Shown: in pieces, positions 9,884 to 19,134 of the stretch | How the letters are laid out: each line of letters begins with the position of its first letter | How positions within the stretch are numbered: the stretch's first letter is position 1 | Assembly (NCBI GenBank): GCA_034422235.1 | Contig: DAOUJU010000040.1 | Span: 51,922-115,921, forward strand | Source: Anaerolineales bacterium | Lineage (GTDB): Bacteria; Chloroflexota; Anaerolineae; Caldilineales; Caldilineaceae | Direction: 5' to 3' | Length of the DNA: 64,000 nucleotides | Notes under the pieces: generated by a model | The model's database searches: none | What the model was told of the DNA's origin: nothing | The model's input: the letters and a program-made list of their open reading frames with translations, nothing else | Position numbers and translations under genes: made by a program

Positions 9884-10915
9884 ATGACCTGTTATCTTGT
9901 GCCCGGCGGTGCCGGCTTCATTGGCAACAACTATATCCGTTTTCTGCTCACCGGCTTTCCTGACACGCGGGTGGTAGTCCTGGACAAGCTGACTTATGCA
10001 GGGCGCCGCGAGAATTTGCAGGATGTTGCGGAGCGCTTCCCGGATCGGTTTGAACTGATTGTCGGGGACATCTGTGATGCAGAACGCGTAACTCAGGTCT
10101 TTCAGCAGGTTCAGCCTGACCGTATCGTGAATTTCGCGGCTGAGTCCCATGTGGACCGCAGTATTATGCAACCGGACGTCTTCGTCCAGACCGATGTACT
10201 GGGTACACACAACTTGCTGCAAGCAGCCCTGGAACAGGGAGTAGAACGATACCACCAGGTCAGTACGGACGAGGTGTATGGGCCCATCCCGGATCCGGAA
10301 CGCAGTCGTGAAACCGATCCGCTGGGTCCGACGAGTCCCTATTCCGCGAGCAAGGCGGGAGGCGACTTGCTGGTTTTGGCCTACTACCACACCTATCAGT
10401 TGCCGGTATCCCTTTCCCGCGGAGCCAACTGTGTGGGTCCATTTCAGTATCCCGAAAAGGCATTGCCGATTTTCACCACCAACGCTCTTCTGGATTTGCC
10501 CTTGCCTGTCTACGGTGATGGCCAACAGAAGCGGGACTACCAATATGTCACGGATCACTGTGCCGGTATCCAGATTGTTTTGGATCATGGCCGCGCTGGT
10601 CAAATCTACAATATCGGGACAGGCTCCGAGATGACGAACCTGGACATGATCCGCATTCTGCTGGATGAGCTGGGTAAACCTCTGTCCCTCATCCAGCATG
10701 TGGAAGATCGACCGGGACATGATCGGCGGTATGGTCTGGACATAGGCAAAATGTTGCAATTGGGGTGGTCGTCCGCCTTCAACTGTGAGGAAAGTATTCG
10801 CCGGGCCGGACGCTGGTACGCGGACAATCGCTGGTGGTGGGAACCGATACGGGCCGGGGAGTTCCAGACGTATTACAACCGTAACTACGGAAACCGCGCT
10901 GTCTTGAAGGAATAA
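9884..10915 (+). CDS. rfbB: dTDP-glucose 4,6-dehydratase
   Basis: 343 aa. GGAGFIGNNYIRFLL (Rossmann fold), YSASKAGGDLLVLAYYHTY (YxxxK catalytic motif), and end-to-end resemblance to RmlB. Confidence 0.92.
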   Translation: MTCYLVPGGAGFIGNNYIRFLLTGFPDTRVVVLDKLTYAGRRENLQDVAERFPDRFELIVGDICDAERVTQVFQQVQPDRIVNFAAESHVDRSIMQPDVFVQTDVLGTHNLLQAALEQGVERYHQVSTDEVYGPIPDPERSRETDPLGPTSPYSASKAGGDLLVLAYYHTYQLPVSLSRGANCVGPFQYPEKALPIFTTNALLDLPLPVYGDGQQKRDYQYVTDHCAGIQIVLDHGRAGQIYNIGTGSEMTNLDMIRILLDELGKPLSLIQHVEDRPGHDRRYGLDIGKMLQLGWSSAFNCEESIRRAGRWYADNRWWWEPIRAGEFQTYYNRNYGNRAVLKE

Positions 10916-10922
10916 CTCCTCC

Positions 10923-11831
10923 ATGTTCCTCCCATCTCCCCAGTCCCTGCGTCCCGCCTGCGAGGAGGATCGGAAAACAGTAACCCGTCTCTTTGCTAAT
11001 GCCAGTCTGGGCGTTACCTGCTTTGACTGGGCCCAATGGAAGCAAACCGTCTCGCCGTTACTCACACTTCTGGTCAGCGACTCGCACGGTCAGGACTGGG
11101 GCACCATTGTGTTGCAGGTGGAACCCCGTCCGCTAACCCTGCCCGCGTGCCTGCAGGGACGGGTATATGTTCGCGGGTTGGCCGTGGCCCGAGGACGCAA
11201 TTCCCGCGATGATGTCCGGTCTCTTCTCCTTCATTCCCTTGACTATCTGCACAACCAGCACACGGAAGGCCAACTCATCCTCATCACGGATCGCACCTGG
11301 TTACACAAGGCGGCCGTTCAATCTGACTTTCAGCAAGTGGATTCTTTGCGCTACTTACATCGCAACCTGCGTATTGGAGAAGGAGGAAACCCCGGTGGCC
11401 TGGTCCGGCCCGTCAAGGATACCGACTATGGCCCACTGGCTTGCCGGGACGCTGAAACCTTCGGGCCCCTGTGGCACATGGGAGAACGAGAACTGCGTCA
11501 GCAAGCGCAAACCAGCCAGCTTCTGGTACAGCAGATGGATTCGGAACTGGCAGGATACATCCTATTTGAAAAACCGCAGTTTCCCTTCCGTCAGGCTTTT
11601 GTCACGCGCCTGGCCGTCTGGACAGAATGGCAGGGCCGCAAGATTGGTTCCCATCTTCTTATGAGGGCTGTCGCCCAGTTGCGAAAATGGTCACCGGACA
11701 AAGTGGGCCTCAATGTGCTGGAGTCCAATGAACAGGCCAGAGAATTCTACGCCCACCACGGCTTTCGGGCCCTGGGCCGGCCACAGGCCGTCCTGACCAG
11801 CCAGATTGGCCACAGCTTCCCCCAGGCATGA
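10923..11831 (+). CDS. GNAT family N-acetyltransferase (C-terminal domain)
   Basis: 302 aa. Acetyl-CoA motif A VWTEWQGRKIGSHLL, then ESNEQAREFYAHHGF. Confidence 0.65.
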   Translation: MFLPSPQSLRPACEEDRKTVTRLFANASLGVTCFDWAQWKQTVSPLLTLLVSDSHGQDWGTIVLQVEPRPLTLPACLQGRVYVRGLAVARGRNSRDDVRSLLLHSLDYLHNQHTEGQLILITDRTWLHKAAVQSDFQQVDSLRYLHRNLRIGEGGNPGGLVRPVKDTDYGPLACRDAETFGPLWHMGERELRQQAQTSQLLVQQMDSELAGYILFEKPQFPFRQAFVTRLAVWTEWQGRKIGSHLLMRAVAQLRKWSPDKVGLNVLESNEQAREFYAHHGFRALGRPQAVLTSQIGHSFPQA

Positions 11832-11838
11832 CGGTGCC

Positions 11839-12873
11839 ATGAATCCCAGCCCAAACCTTCCCTATTTGCGGTTGGCCTTAACGCTGGTAGCCATCATTCT
11901 GGCAGGCACGGCTGGTTACATCATTCTGGAACAATGGGCCTGGTGGGATGCCCTGTACATGACGATTATAACCTTGTCCACGGTGGGTTTTCGCGAGGTC
12001 GGTGAGCTCAGTTTCTGGGGGAAGGCGTTTACGGCCATTTTGATTTTGGCCGGCGTAGGGGGCTTTACCTTCGTCTTTTCCACCATCATGCATGGCATGG
12101 TGGCAGGACACATTTCCGGCGCCTGGCAAGCCTCCAAAGTCAAACGGAGAATACGCAAGATGAAGGGACACTACATCGTGTGCGGGTTCGGTCGGGTCGG
12201 CGCCAAAGTGGTGGAGAGGCTCGTCGCCCAACATCACGAGATAGTGGTCATCGATCTGGATCCGCATGTCGCGACGGAACTGGACGGAGATCATGTGCAC
12301 TTCATGCAAGGCGATGGGGCGCGGGAAGAGACCTTCCAGGAAGCGGGTATTGATCAAGCCGCCGGGATTGTCTGCTGCTTGCCCCACGATGCTGACAACC
12401 TGTTTGCCGTACTGACCGCCCGTACGATGAACAGCAACATTCATATCATCACCCGCGCGGAAAACGAGTCAACGGAAGCCAAAATGCGTTTCGCCGGTGC
12501 CAACGATGTAGTTAACCCTACCAGCATGGCGGGTTATGCCATGGCCATGCGCATGATCGAGCCGGAAGTGATACGGGTCATTGAAGCCCTCACGACTACC
12601 GGACTACACGGCAATCTGCTCGGTTCTGTGCAAGTCTTGCCCAATTCCGAGCTGGTGGGCAAGAGTGTCGGCCAGGTGGGATTTCGCCGACAGTATGGCG
12701 TGAGTGTATTGCAGATCCTGCGGTCTGATCAGACTCTGGAGTCGGACGTCAAGGCAGAGACGGAAATCCAAGCCCATGACATCCTGATGGTACTGGGCAA
12801 ACGGGAAGCGGTCATGCAATTCCACACCCGGATGCGGGACTCAACATTGACGTGGACATATCAGAATCTATGA
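11839..12873 (+). CDS. Potassium-channel-family protein with RCK/TrkA-N and TrkA-C domains
   Basis: The ORF track starts at 11806; the Met at 11839 avoids overlap with the upstream gene. Two TM segments plus a pore helix with LSTVGFREVG. Rossmann motif IVCGFGRVG, followed by a TrkA-C-like C-terminus. Confidence 0.85.
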   Translation: MNPSPNLPYLRLALTLVAIILAGTAGYIILEQWAWWDALYMTIITLSTVGFREVGELSFWGKAFTAILILAGVGGFTFVFSTIMHGMVAGHISGAWQASKVKRRIRKMKGHYIVCGFGRVGAKVVERLVAQHHEIVVIDLDPHVATELDGDHVHFMQGDGAREETFQEAGIDQAAGIVCCLPHDADNLFAVLTARTMNSNIHIITRAENESTEAKMRFAGANDVVNPTSMAGYAMAMRMIEPEVIRVIEALTTTGLHGNLLGSVQVLPNSELVGKSVGQVGFRRQYGVSVLQILRSDQTLESDVKAETEIQAHDILMVLGKREAVMQFHTRMRDSTLTWTYQNL

Positions 12874-13392
12874 AACAGAAGACGGTCCTGCCATTTCACC
12901 CACGTAGAGCTTCCTGAAATCGTCATGCCTTAACTGTTCCCCAAAACATGGTAGTTTCGGGGTAATTCGCTCTCCGTTGCTAGGGAACCAGCGACCTTCC
13001 CTGCCACTGGAGTCCTGGTGGAGACGTATACCTACCGGTGACGGGATTGCCTACCCGTGACATGTCCATGGCTCTGGCACCCCGTCGTGGGTGTCGGCTA
13101 GCCCTGTTGGCAACAGCCACACGCCCATGAACCTTACCTGCCGTAAACCTTGCGGTCAGCCACAAACTTGGTGGCTTTGTGACTACCCCGTGAAAACCTG
13201 GAACGACCTCTAACTACCAAGTTATGATCGCTTATCCTCGCTCCAGGCGCTGCGTCACCCCAGAACAGAGTCTGGATGTTATTGCCTACGAATGTGATGC
13301 GAGCGGGGAACGAAGGGAAAGGCAGCTGCAATCAATTGCAAAATATGTTAACATTCTGTCATCATGGTGACCTGGGGTCGAAGGAACAGGGA

Positions 13393-13908
13393 ATGGTCAT
13401 AGCCGACGCTTCACCGCTGATTGTTCTTGCCAAGCTCCAGCGTCTAAAGCTCTTGGCTGATCTCTACGGGAAAGTGTTGATCGGTCCGGTCGTACAAGCG
13501 GAAACCATTGAGGCAGGTGAAGCTGTCCGGGCCCTCGGTGTGGAACAACTGCAGTACGCCTTGGATACTGGCTGGCTGCAAACGGTTCTCTTGACCGCTG
13601 ATGAGCGTCAATTGATGCAACGTCTGATGGAGCAGTCCCGGCTGGATCAGGGCGAGGCCGAGGCCATCGCACTGGCACGTGGGCGAAGACTGCGACTAAT
13701 TGCTGATGACAAAGAGGCTCGTAGTGTGGCTGTTGCGGTTGGAGTTGAGCTTGTCGGTACGGCTGGTGTGTTGTTACAGGGATACATTCAAGGCCATTTC
13801 GCGTTGAGGGAGTTAGAGGCCATACTCCGGGATCTGAGTCAGGTCTTGTGGCTCTCGCCAGCGGTAGTGGCGGAGGTTTTGCGACTTGCGCGGGAGGCAA
13901 AGCAATGA
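13393..13908 (+). CDS. DUF3368-type PIN-like domain protein (putative toxin)
   Basis: The internal Met at 13393 gives MVIADASPLIVLAKLQRLKLLADLYG...GEAEAIALA...IADDKEARSVA..GTAGVLL, the DUF3368 pattern. The longer 13276 start has no support. Confidence 0.75.
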   Translation: MVIADASPLIVLAKLQRLKLLADLYGKVLIGPVVQAETIEAGEAVRALGVEQLQYALDTGWLQTVLLTADERQLMQRLMEQSRLDQGEAEAIALARGRRLRLIADDKEARSVAVAVGVELVGTAGVLLQGYIQGHFALRELEAILRDLSQVLWLSPAVVAEVLRLAREAKQ

Positions 13909-14243
13909 AGAAGGAGCAAATGGTAGGCGCCAGGCTTCCTCTGGAATTGGTCCAGGCATTGGAACTCATCGAGGAGGTCGAACAATCTGACCGTTCCAGC
14001 ACGGTGCGCCGATTGTTGGTCAAGGCAGTCCAGGAGTGGAAGCTGGAACATTACGCCCGACTGTACGGAGACGGCAAGCTTACGTTGGCCCGGGCCGCAC
14101 ATGACGCTGGTGTCTCCTTGTGGGAGATGATGGCGTATGTCCGTGACAAGAAAATTCTAGTCCAGTACGATCTTGAAGACCTCCAGCGAGACTTGGGGAC
14201 TATCGCTAGCAGCACAGACACCAAAGGGCATGCTTTAGATTAG
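13905..14243 (+). CDS. RHH + UPF0175-type antitoxin-like protein
   Basis: The start overlaps the upstream stop (ATGA). MKKEQMVGARLPLELVQALE...STVRRLL is ribbon-helix-helix-like, followed by GKLTLARAAHDAGVSLWEMMAYV (UPF0175 HTH). Confidence 0.72.
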   Translation: MKKEQMVGARLPLELVQALELIEEVEQSDRSSTVRRLLVKAVQEWKLEHYARLYGDGKLTLARAAHDAGVSLWEMMAYVRDKKILVQYDLEDLQRDLGTIASSTDTKGHALD

Positions 14244-14340
14244 CTATAAAGGTGCCAAGCGGCCACCGACATATACAGGAATAGACACGAAAGTGCGGTT
14301 ACAGACCGCAGAACGCAAATCCCAAGAAAATCATTTGTCT

Positions 14341-16656
14341 CTACCTGGAAGCCAATATAGCGGCAGCGATCTCCTGTACATGATCCGTGGTCGGAGCAAA
14401 AAACACCTGCTGATCCGTAACTATTGGGCCTTCTCCTGCGAACGCTTTCAGGCGTGCCGCAGCCAGAACAAAGTGGTCCCTAACCTGCAACTCACCCTCC
14501 AGATCCGAGTGGGCGGTGGGATGCTGAGCCAGACGGGCCAACATCTGATCCAGTTCCACCTGGCCAAACGGGAATGGGGTGCCCATCAACAGGGAGTGGC
14601 TACCCCCGGTGTACCAGAGAGAGGCATGCGGGAAAGTATGCTGAAAGGTACGCAGAATCTTCCGGTAGTCACTGGGCGTCATGCTGTGAAATGGCAGCCA
14701 CTGGAAGAAGACACCCGTGGGTGTCAGGCGCTCTGCGACCAGACCATAGAATTCGTCAGTAAACAGGGCCCAACTGCTGGTATTGGCGGGATGGGTCGCG
14801 TCCGTGGTGATAATGTCGTAAGTGTAAGGAGTCTGGAGCAGGAAGTTGCGTCCATCTTCTACATGCAGCGTCAGATGCGGACTGCGCAATACGTTGTAAT
14901 TCTCTTCCCAGTAAAGTTCAGCGGCCTCCAGCATTTCGCGTGACAGGTCGACCGCCTCGATATGAGGAATGCCATGGGTTTCCAGCGAGCCCGTGGCAAT
15001 CCCATTGCCGAAACTCAGCATCAGAGCCCGTTCGGCCCCAGGATTCACCAGCGGTGGCAGATGGCCGAGGGCCCGGAAAGCGCGCAGGCTAACGGCATCG
15101 GTAGGAACTTCGATCCGTCCATCCACAAATGACACCTTGTAGTTCTGCTCTGGTACATGAAAAACCGCCACGGTAGTCTCCACCCCTTCCTCGTAATAGA
15201 CCAGGTGGTCACCGGGATCCTGGCGAAAACCAAGATACACGGGAGGGGGCCGCAAGAAGATCGCCAGACACAGACAGAGCGCCATGCCGGCGGGGAGACG
15301 CTGATCGGCTCTCCGTAGGGCAGCCCAACGCACAGGCCAAGCCAGGAGTCCCAGGATCAAACTGCCTCCCGCCAACAACAGCAGCGTGCCCTGTAAGCCA
15401 AGTCCGGGCACCAGGAGGAAAGTGGTGATCAGAATCCCTACTATGGCCCCAGCCGTATTGACCGCACTGGTCTGACCGGTGGTTGAGCCGAGATGTTCCC
15501 TGCTCTTCGTCACCAGATGCACCGTGACGGGAAACAGGTATCCCATCAGGCAGGTCGGCAGGAGAAGGATCAGGCTTCCCAGCAGAAATTCGTAGAGGAT
15601 AGCGCGGGTCATCGTATAGGATCCGAAAATATCCTCCAGGGACAACAGAGGCATCCCGTAGAAAAGGTACATGGTGCCTATACCACTCAGGGACAGGAGT
15701 AACTGGATCAGGGCAAATGTACGCATGGTGGGATCACTTTGCCGCATACGTTGGGCCGCCAAGGTACTGCCGGTCGCCAGTCCAGCGAGAAAAGTGGTCA
15801 AGACGATGGCAAAGGAGAAAACAGCGTCCAGGGTAAAGATCGCCAGAATGCGGGACCAGACAATCTGGTAGCTGAGGGCAATGAATCCGGATACTGCATA
15901 GGCTCCCAGTAGCTGTCGCGGACTCCAAGATACATGCTGCTCACGGTCCATGGCCTGCTTGTGGGTTACTTTCACTGCCACGCTGTCCGCAAGCCTGGAA
16001 GAAGGAGGGCTCTTCCTTGTTACCTGGACAATTATCACCAGTCCGCAGGAAATCAGGTTGACAACTACGGCGACAGCCACCGCCTGCAGCGAAGACAGAT
16101 ACCGCAGCAACCACAGGGCCGTAAGGGCGGAACCGACGGCAGCCCCCAAGGTTTCCAGCGCATAAAACCTGCCCACAATCGACCGCACCGGCACCCCCCG
16201 ATTACGTCCGATCCAGTGCATGATCACTGGCAGCGTCCCTCCCATCAGCAGTGCTGACGGCGCAAGGATCAGAATGGCCAGGCCCAGGCGCAGACTCAGC
16301 AGGAGGGAAGTCGCTACTCCCCCATGCTGAGTGAGGGCTGCATAGAAGGGACGCACCGCCTGCAGCCACCCCGGTGTTTGCAGAGCCAGACCGGCAATCG
16401 CAATCTGGAGCAGGGCAAACAGCCAGAGGGGCTGGCGGATCCAGGGTAATACCAGACTGAACAGCCAGTTGCCCAGAGCTCCCCCTCCCAGGAAAGCGAT
16501 CACCACGGCCACATAGGCGTATACACTAACTCCAAATACCAGTGACGCCTGACGAATCCAGAGCAACTCATACGCCAGGGTAGACACACCCGTCAGGCCG
16601 AAGGCAATACCCAACAGGGCCAGGGCAAGCCGTGACATGGGACTTCCTTCAGACAA
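14341..16656 (-). CDS. Fused MFS-like membrane domain / spermidine synthase-like (aminopropyltransferase fold) protein
   Basis: 771 aa. About 480 aa of polytopic membrane region, then a class-I methyltransferase/SpeE-like domain (MLSFGNGIATGS, VDLSREMLEAA, YDIITTDATHP). Confidence 0.82.
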   Translation of the reverse strand: MSEGSPMSRLALALLGIAFGLTGVSTLAYELLWIRQASLVFGVSVYAYVAVVIAFLGGGALGNWLFSLVLPWIRQPLWLFALLQIAIAGLALQTPGWLQAVRPFYAALTQHGGVATSLLLSLRLGLAILILAPSALLMGGTLPVIMHWIGRNRGVPVRSIVGRFYALETLGAAVGSALTALWLLRYLSSLQAVAVAVVVNLISCGLVIIVQVTRKSPPSSRLADSVAVKVTHKQAMDREQHVSWSPRQLLGAYAVSGFIALSYQIVWSRILAIFTLDAVFSFAIVLTTFLAGLATGSTLAAQRMRQSDPTMRTFALIQLLLSLSGIGTMYLFYGMPLLSLEDIFGSYTMTRAILYEFLLGSLILLLPTCLMGYLFPVTVHLVTKSREHLGSTTGQTSAVNTAGAIVGILITTFLLVPGLGLQGTLLLLAGGSLILGLLAWPVRWAALRRADQRLPAGMALCLCLAIFLRPPPVYLGFRQDPGDHLVYYEEGVETTVAVFHVPEQNYKVSFVDGRIEVPTDAVSLRAFRALGHLPPLVNPGAERALMLSFGNGIATGSLETHGIPHIEAVDLSREMLEAAELYWEENYNVLRSPHLTLHVEDGRNFLLQTPYTYDIITTDATHPANTSSWALFTDEFYGLVAERLTPTGVFFQWLPFHSMTPSDYRKILRTFQHTFPHASLWYTGGSHSLLMGTPFPFGQVELDQMLARLAQHPTAHSDLEGELQVRDHFVLAAARLKAFAGEGPIVTDQQVFFAPTTDHVQEIAAAILASR

Positions 16657-16658
16657 GC

Positions 16659-16694
16659 CAAAAGAAAAGGGCGGTCTGTTAGTACAGACCGCCC
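16659..16694 (-). terminator. Rho-independent terminator after the sugar-binding protein gene
   Basis: GGGCGGTCTG-TTAGTA-CAGACCGCCC (10-bp stem), followed on the minus strand by UUUUCUUUUGG. Confidence 0.65.
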
Positions 16695-16719
16695 GGGTAA
16701 CTTGGACTACAGGGAAAGA

Positions 16720-18141
16720 CTATTCGAACGTGTGATCCTCTTCCTCGGCAATTCGCAGCAACGCTTCGGTTACGGCGGCCTCAACCTCGGGCAGAATGTC
16801 TTCCGCCCGTGCTTCCGGATCATTCCAGAATGATCCCAGTATGTTGTCCCAAGTACTGTTAAGCTCGTCGAAGCCAACCATCAGGTGGTTGCTGGATTCC
16901 AGACCATTGGTGAAGGCACCCTGATAGACCGTCTTCACATCTGCCGGATCCATACATCCAAATTGCTGATACCATTCCTCCAGCAGTTTGTGTTGCGTGG
17001 GTGGTGTATTGGTCGCCTGCATATAGGCTCTGGCGGCATCTTCAGAAATAAGATACTGGATGAAAGTCCAGGAATCTTCCAGTTCCTGACCTTCCAGTCC
17101 CCGTGTAATGACCCAGGGATCGGTGAAGATCACGGCACGGGTGGGAGCACCGGGAGCCCCAAATGGGAGAGGCGCTACACCCCAGCAAAAGCCTCCTTCT
17201 ACATCCGGGCTTACGGGACTATAGACCCACCAACCCCAGCCACCGGTGGTTTTCATGGCCACCTTGCCGCTCTGAAAATCGCCACCCAGGGCATTCAACC
17301 CCTGAATAGCAGCTGCATCCGGGGCCACCTTGTGCAGATAGGTCAAGTCATGCTTGCTCTGGAAAGCTTTGACAGCTCCCTCGGAGGTGAAGTTAACGGA
17401 CTGGGCAAAGCCGTCTTCGAAAGCACCCTCCGGCCAGGGGAAGGCATCAAACAGCCAAGTAATAGCCTCAGCGGGCCAAATGCCCTCGACCCAGCCATAC
17501 GTAGCGTTAAGGGGATCCTCCACATTGATGGTCATTTGCTGGGCGATCTCCAAAGCCCTGTCCCAGGTCCAGCTGGTGTCATCCCAGGAGACAGGAGGAT
17601 ATTCGATACCCGCCGCATCAAACAGATCCATGTTGTAGAAGGTGTAGCTACCTGTGGTCAGAAACGGAAAGCCGTACTGACTTCCCTGATTTTCGTAGAT
17701 GGCCAAGACCTCTGGAATAAAGACGCTGGTGTCCACACCGTCCCGCTCAATCAGGGGCGTGAGATCCATCAGCAGGCCTCTGACCCGGTCACTGGCAAAG
17801 CCATTGCCCCCCCAGTTGGGAGACCACACATGCAAAGGTTCACCCGCGGCAATCATGGCTTCACGCTTGACGGCAATGTCTGGCTGGTCCACAATCAGAA
17901 GTTGCACGGTAATATCTGGATTGGCAGCCTCAAAGGCGGGAATTGCCACATCCTGTTCCCAGGGATTTTCCACTACGTTGGTGCGGGCCATCCAGACAAT
18001 TTCCCTTTGGGCATCCGAGGCATCGGCTGCCATCCCATCCCCTGCCGGGGCCGCACAGGCGGTCAGAAGCAGGGAGAGTAGCAGACTCAATACCACTACG
18101 GAAAACAAAGTCAATTTGCGCATCAGTTTAATCTCCTTCAA
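16720..18141 (-). CDS. ABC transporter extracellular solute-binding protein, family 1 (carbohydrate type), lipoprotein
   Basis: 473 aa. Lipobox LLLTAC. Size and context sit downstream of MalF/MalG-like permeases. Confidence 0.88.
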   Translation of the reverse strand: MKEIKLMRKLTLFSVVVLSLLLSLLLTACAAPAGDGMAADASDAQREIVWMARTNVVENPWEQDVAIPAFEAANPDITVQLLIVDQPDIAVKREAMIAAGEPLHVWSPNWGGNGFASDRVRGLLMDLTPLIERDGVDTSVFIPEVLAIYENQGSQYGFPFLTTGSYTFYNMDLFDAAGIEYPPVSWDDTSWTWDRALEIAQQMTINVEDPLNATYGWVEGIWPAEAITWLFDAFPWPEGAFEDGFAQSVNFTSEGAVKAFQSKHDLTYLHKVAPDAAAIQGLNALGGDFQSGKVAMKTTGGWGWWVYSPVSPDVEGGFCWGVAPLPFGAPGAPTRAVIFTDPWVITRGLEGQELEDSWTFIQYLISEDAARAYMQATNTPPTQHKLLEEWYQQFGCMDPADVKTVYQGAFTNGLESSNHLMVGFDELNSTWDNILGSFWNDPEARAEDILPEVEAAVTEALLRIAEEEDHTFE

Positions 18142-18194
18142 GAAACAAAGAACGACCGATCAGATTACATGGCGATTGGAAGGTTCAAGAGTGG

Positions 18195-19103
18195 CTAACC
18201 CTTGACGCCACTCACCACTATGCCCTGGATGAAATAGCGCTGGGCAATGAAAAACACCACAATACAGGGGGCAATGACGGAAAGCGATGCGGCCATGTAC
18301 CAGTGCTGCGGGGTACCCCCAAAAGGCGTCCGAAACATGGATAGGCCCAGGGATACAGGGAATTTGTCATTGTCGTTGATGTAGATCAGGGGTCCCTGGA
18401 AAGTATTCCAGTGAAAAATAAAGGACATGATCGCCACGGCCCCCAAGGCAGGTTTCGACAGGGGCAAAATAATCCGCCACCAAATGCCAAAGCGACTGGC
18501 TCCTTCGATATGGGCTGATTCATCGTATTCCTGGGGAATGCCAAGATAGAACTGTCGCAACAGAAATATCAGGTAGGCGCTGCCCAGCCAAGCCGGAACA
18601 ATGAGAGGATTGTAGGTATTGAGCCACTGCCCCGGCAAGTTGGAGAAGAGAATGTAGGTAGGAATGATGGTTACTTCCTGGGGAACCATCAAAGTAGCTA
18701 ATACCAGGACAAAAAGCCAATTGCGTCCCGGGGCCCGCAGGCGAGCAAATCCATAGGCAATGAACGAATTCGATAATACCTCTCCAATTACCACCATGCC
18801 GGCAAAATACAGGGTATTCCGAAAGTAGAGGGCGAAGGGGTTAAAGGTCAGGGCCTCATAGTAGTTGTGCCATTGGAGCTTGACCGGAATCCAGTTGGGC
18901 GGAATCTTCAGGGCTTCTATTTCCCCCTTGAGACTGGTTGAAAGCATCCAGAAAAGGGGAAACAGGACTACGCCCAGGCCCAACACCAGTACAGCCGTCG
19001 CCATGGCTGCCATCATCCGTTCCTGTCCCTGAATGGTCAGGGCTCGGGTCCCCGTACCTGAGGAACTGGTGGTGATAGAAGTGGGTAACGTCTGTTCGGT
19101 CAC
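18195..19103 (-). CDS. Carbohydrate ABC transporter permease (MalG-like)
   Basis: 302 aa. EAA-loop region ESAHIEGASRFGIWWRIILPLSKPAL. Confidence 0.9.
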   Translation of the reverse strand: MTEQTLPTSITTSSSGTGTRALTIQGQERMMAAMATAVLVLGLGVVLFPLFWMLSTSLKGEIEALKIPPNWIPVKLQWHNYYEALTFNPFALYFRNTLYFAGMVVIGEVLSNSFIAYGFARLRAPGRNWLFVLVLATLMVPQEVTIIPTYILFSNLPGQWLNTYNPLIVPAWLGSAYLIFLLRQFYLGIPQEYDESAHIEGASRFGIWWRIILPLSKPALGAVAIMSFIFHWNTFQGPLIYINDNDKFPVSLGLSMFRTPFGGTPQHWYMAASLSVIAPCIVVFFIAQRYFIQGIVVSGVKG

Positions 19104-19134
19104 GATGTATCCCTGGCTACTCTCTGCCTGTGGC

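Noticed and set aside
9809-11065. 418-aa minus-strand ORF antisense to rfbB. Similar long antisense ORFs occur at 16885-18081, 22053-22916, 30991-31980, 51358-52179 and 55215-56162.
   Set aside because: Each lies fully opposite a gene with unmistakable family motifs. Their products are low-complexity and Arg/Gly/Pro-rich, as expected from the antisense frames of GC3-rich genes. No independent RBS or motif support exists.
12960-13330. Possible RNase P RNA, tmRNA, SRP RNA or cobalamin riboswitch in the large gap.
   Set aside because: - The universal cores are absent on both strands: GAGGAAAGUCCGGGC and ACAGAANCCGGCUUA for RNase P; a GGUUCGA-type T-arm plus CCA end and a tag ORF for tmRNA; GGAAG..AGCA domain IV for SRP.
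- The AGGGAA..GCCACUGG and ..ACCUGCC strings lack the intervening cobalamin-riboswitch hairpins, and the downstream gene is a TA toxin.
The region is kept only as an unassigned structured-RNA candidate.
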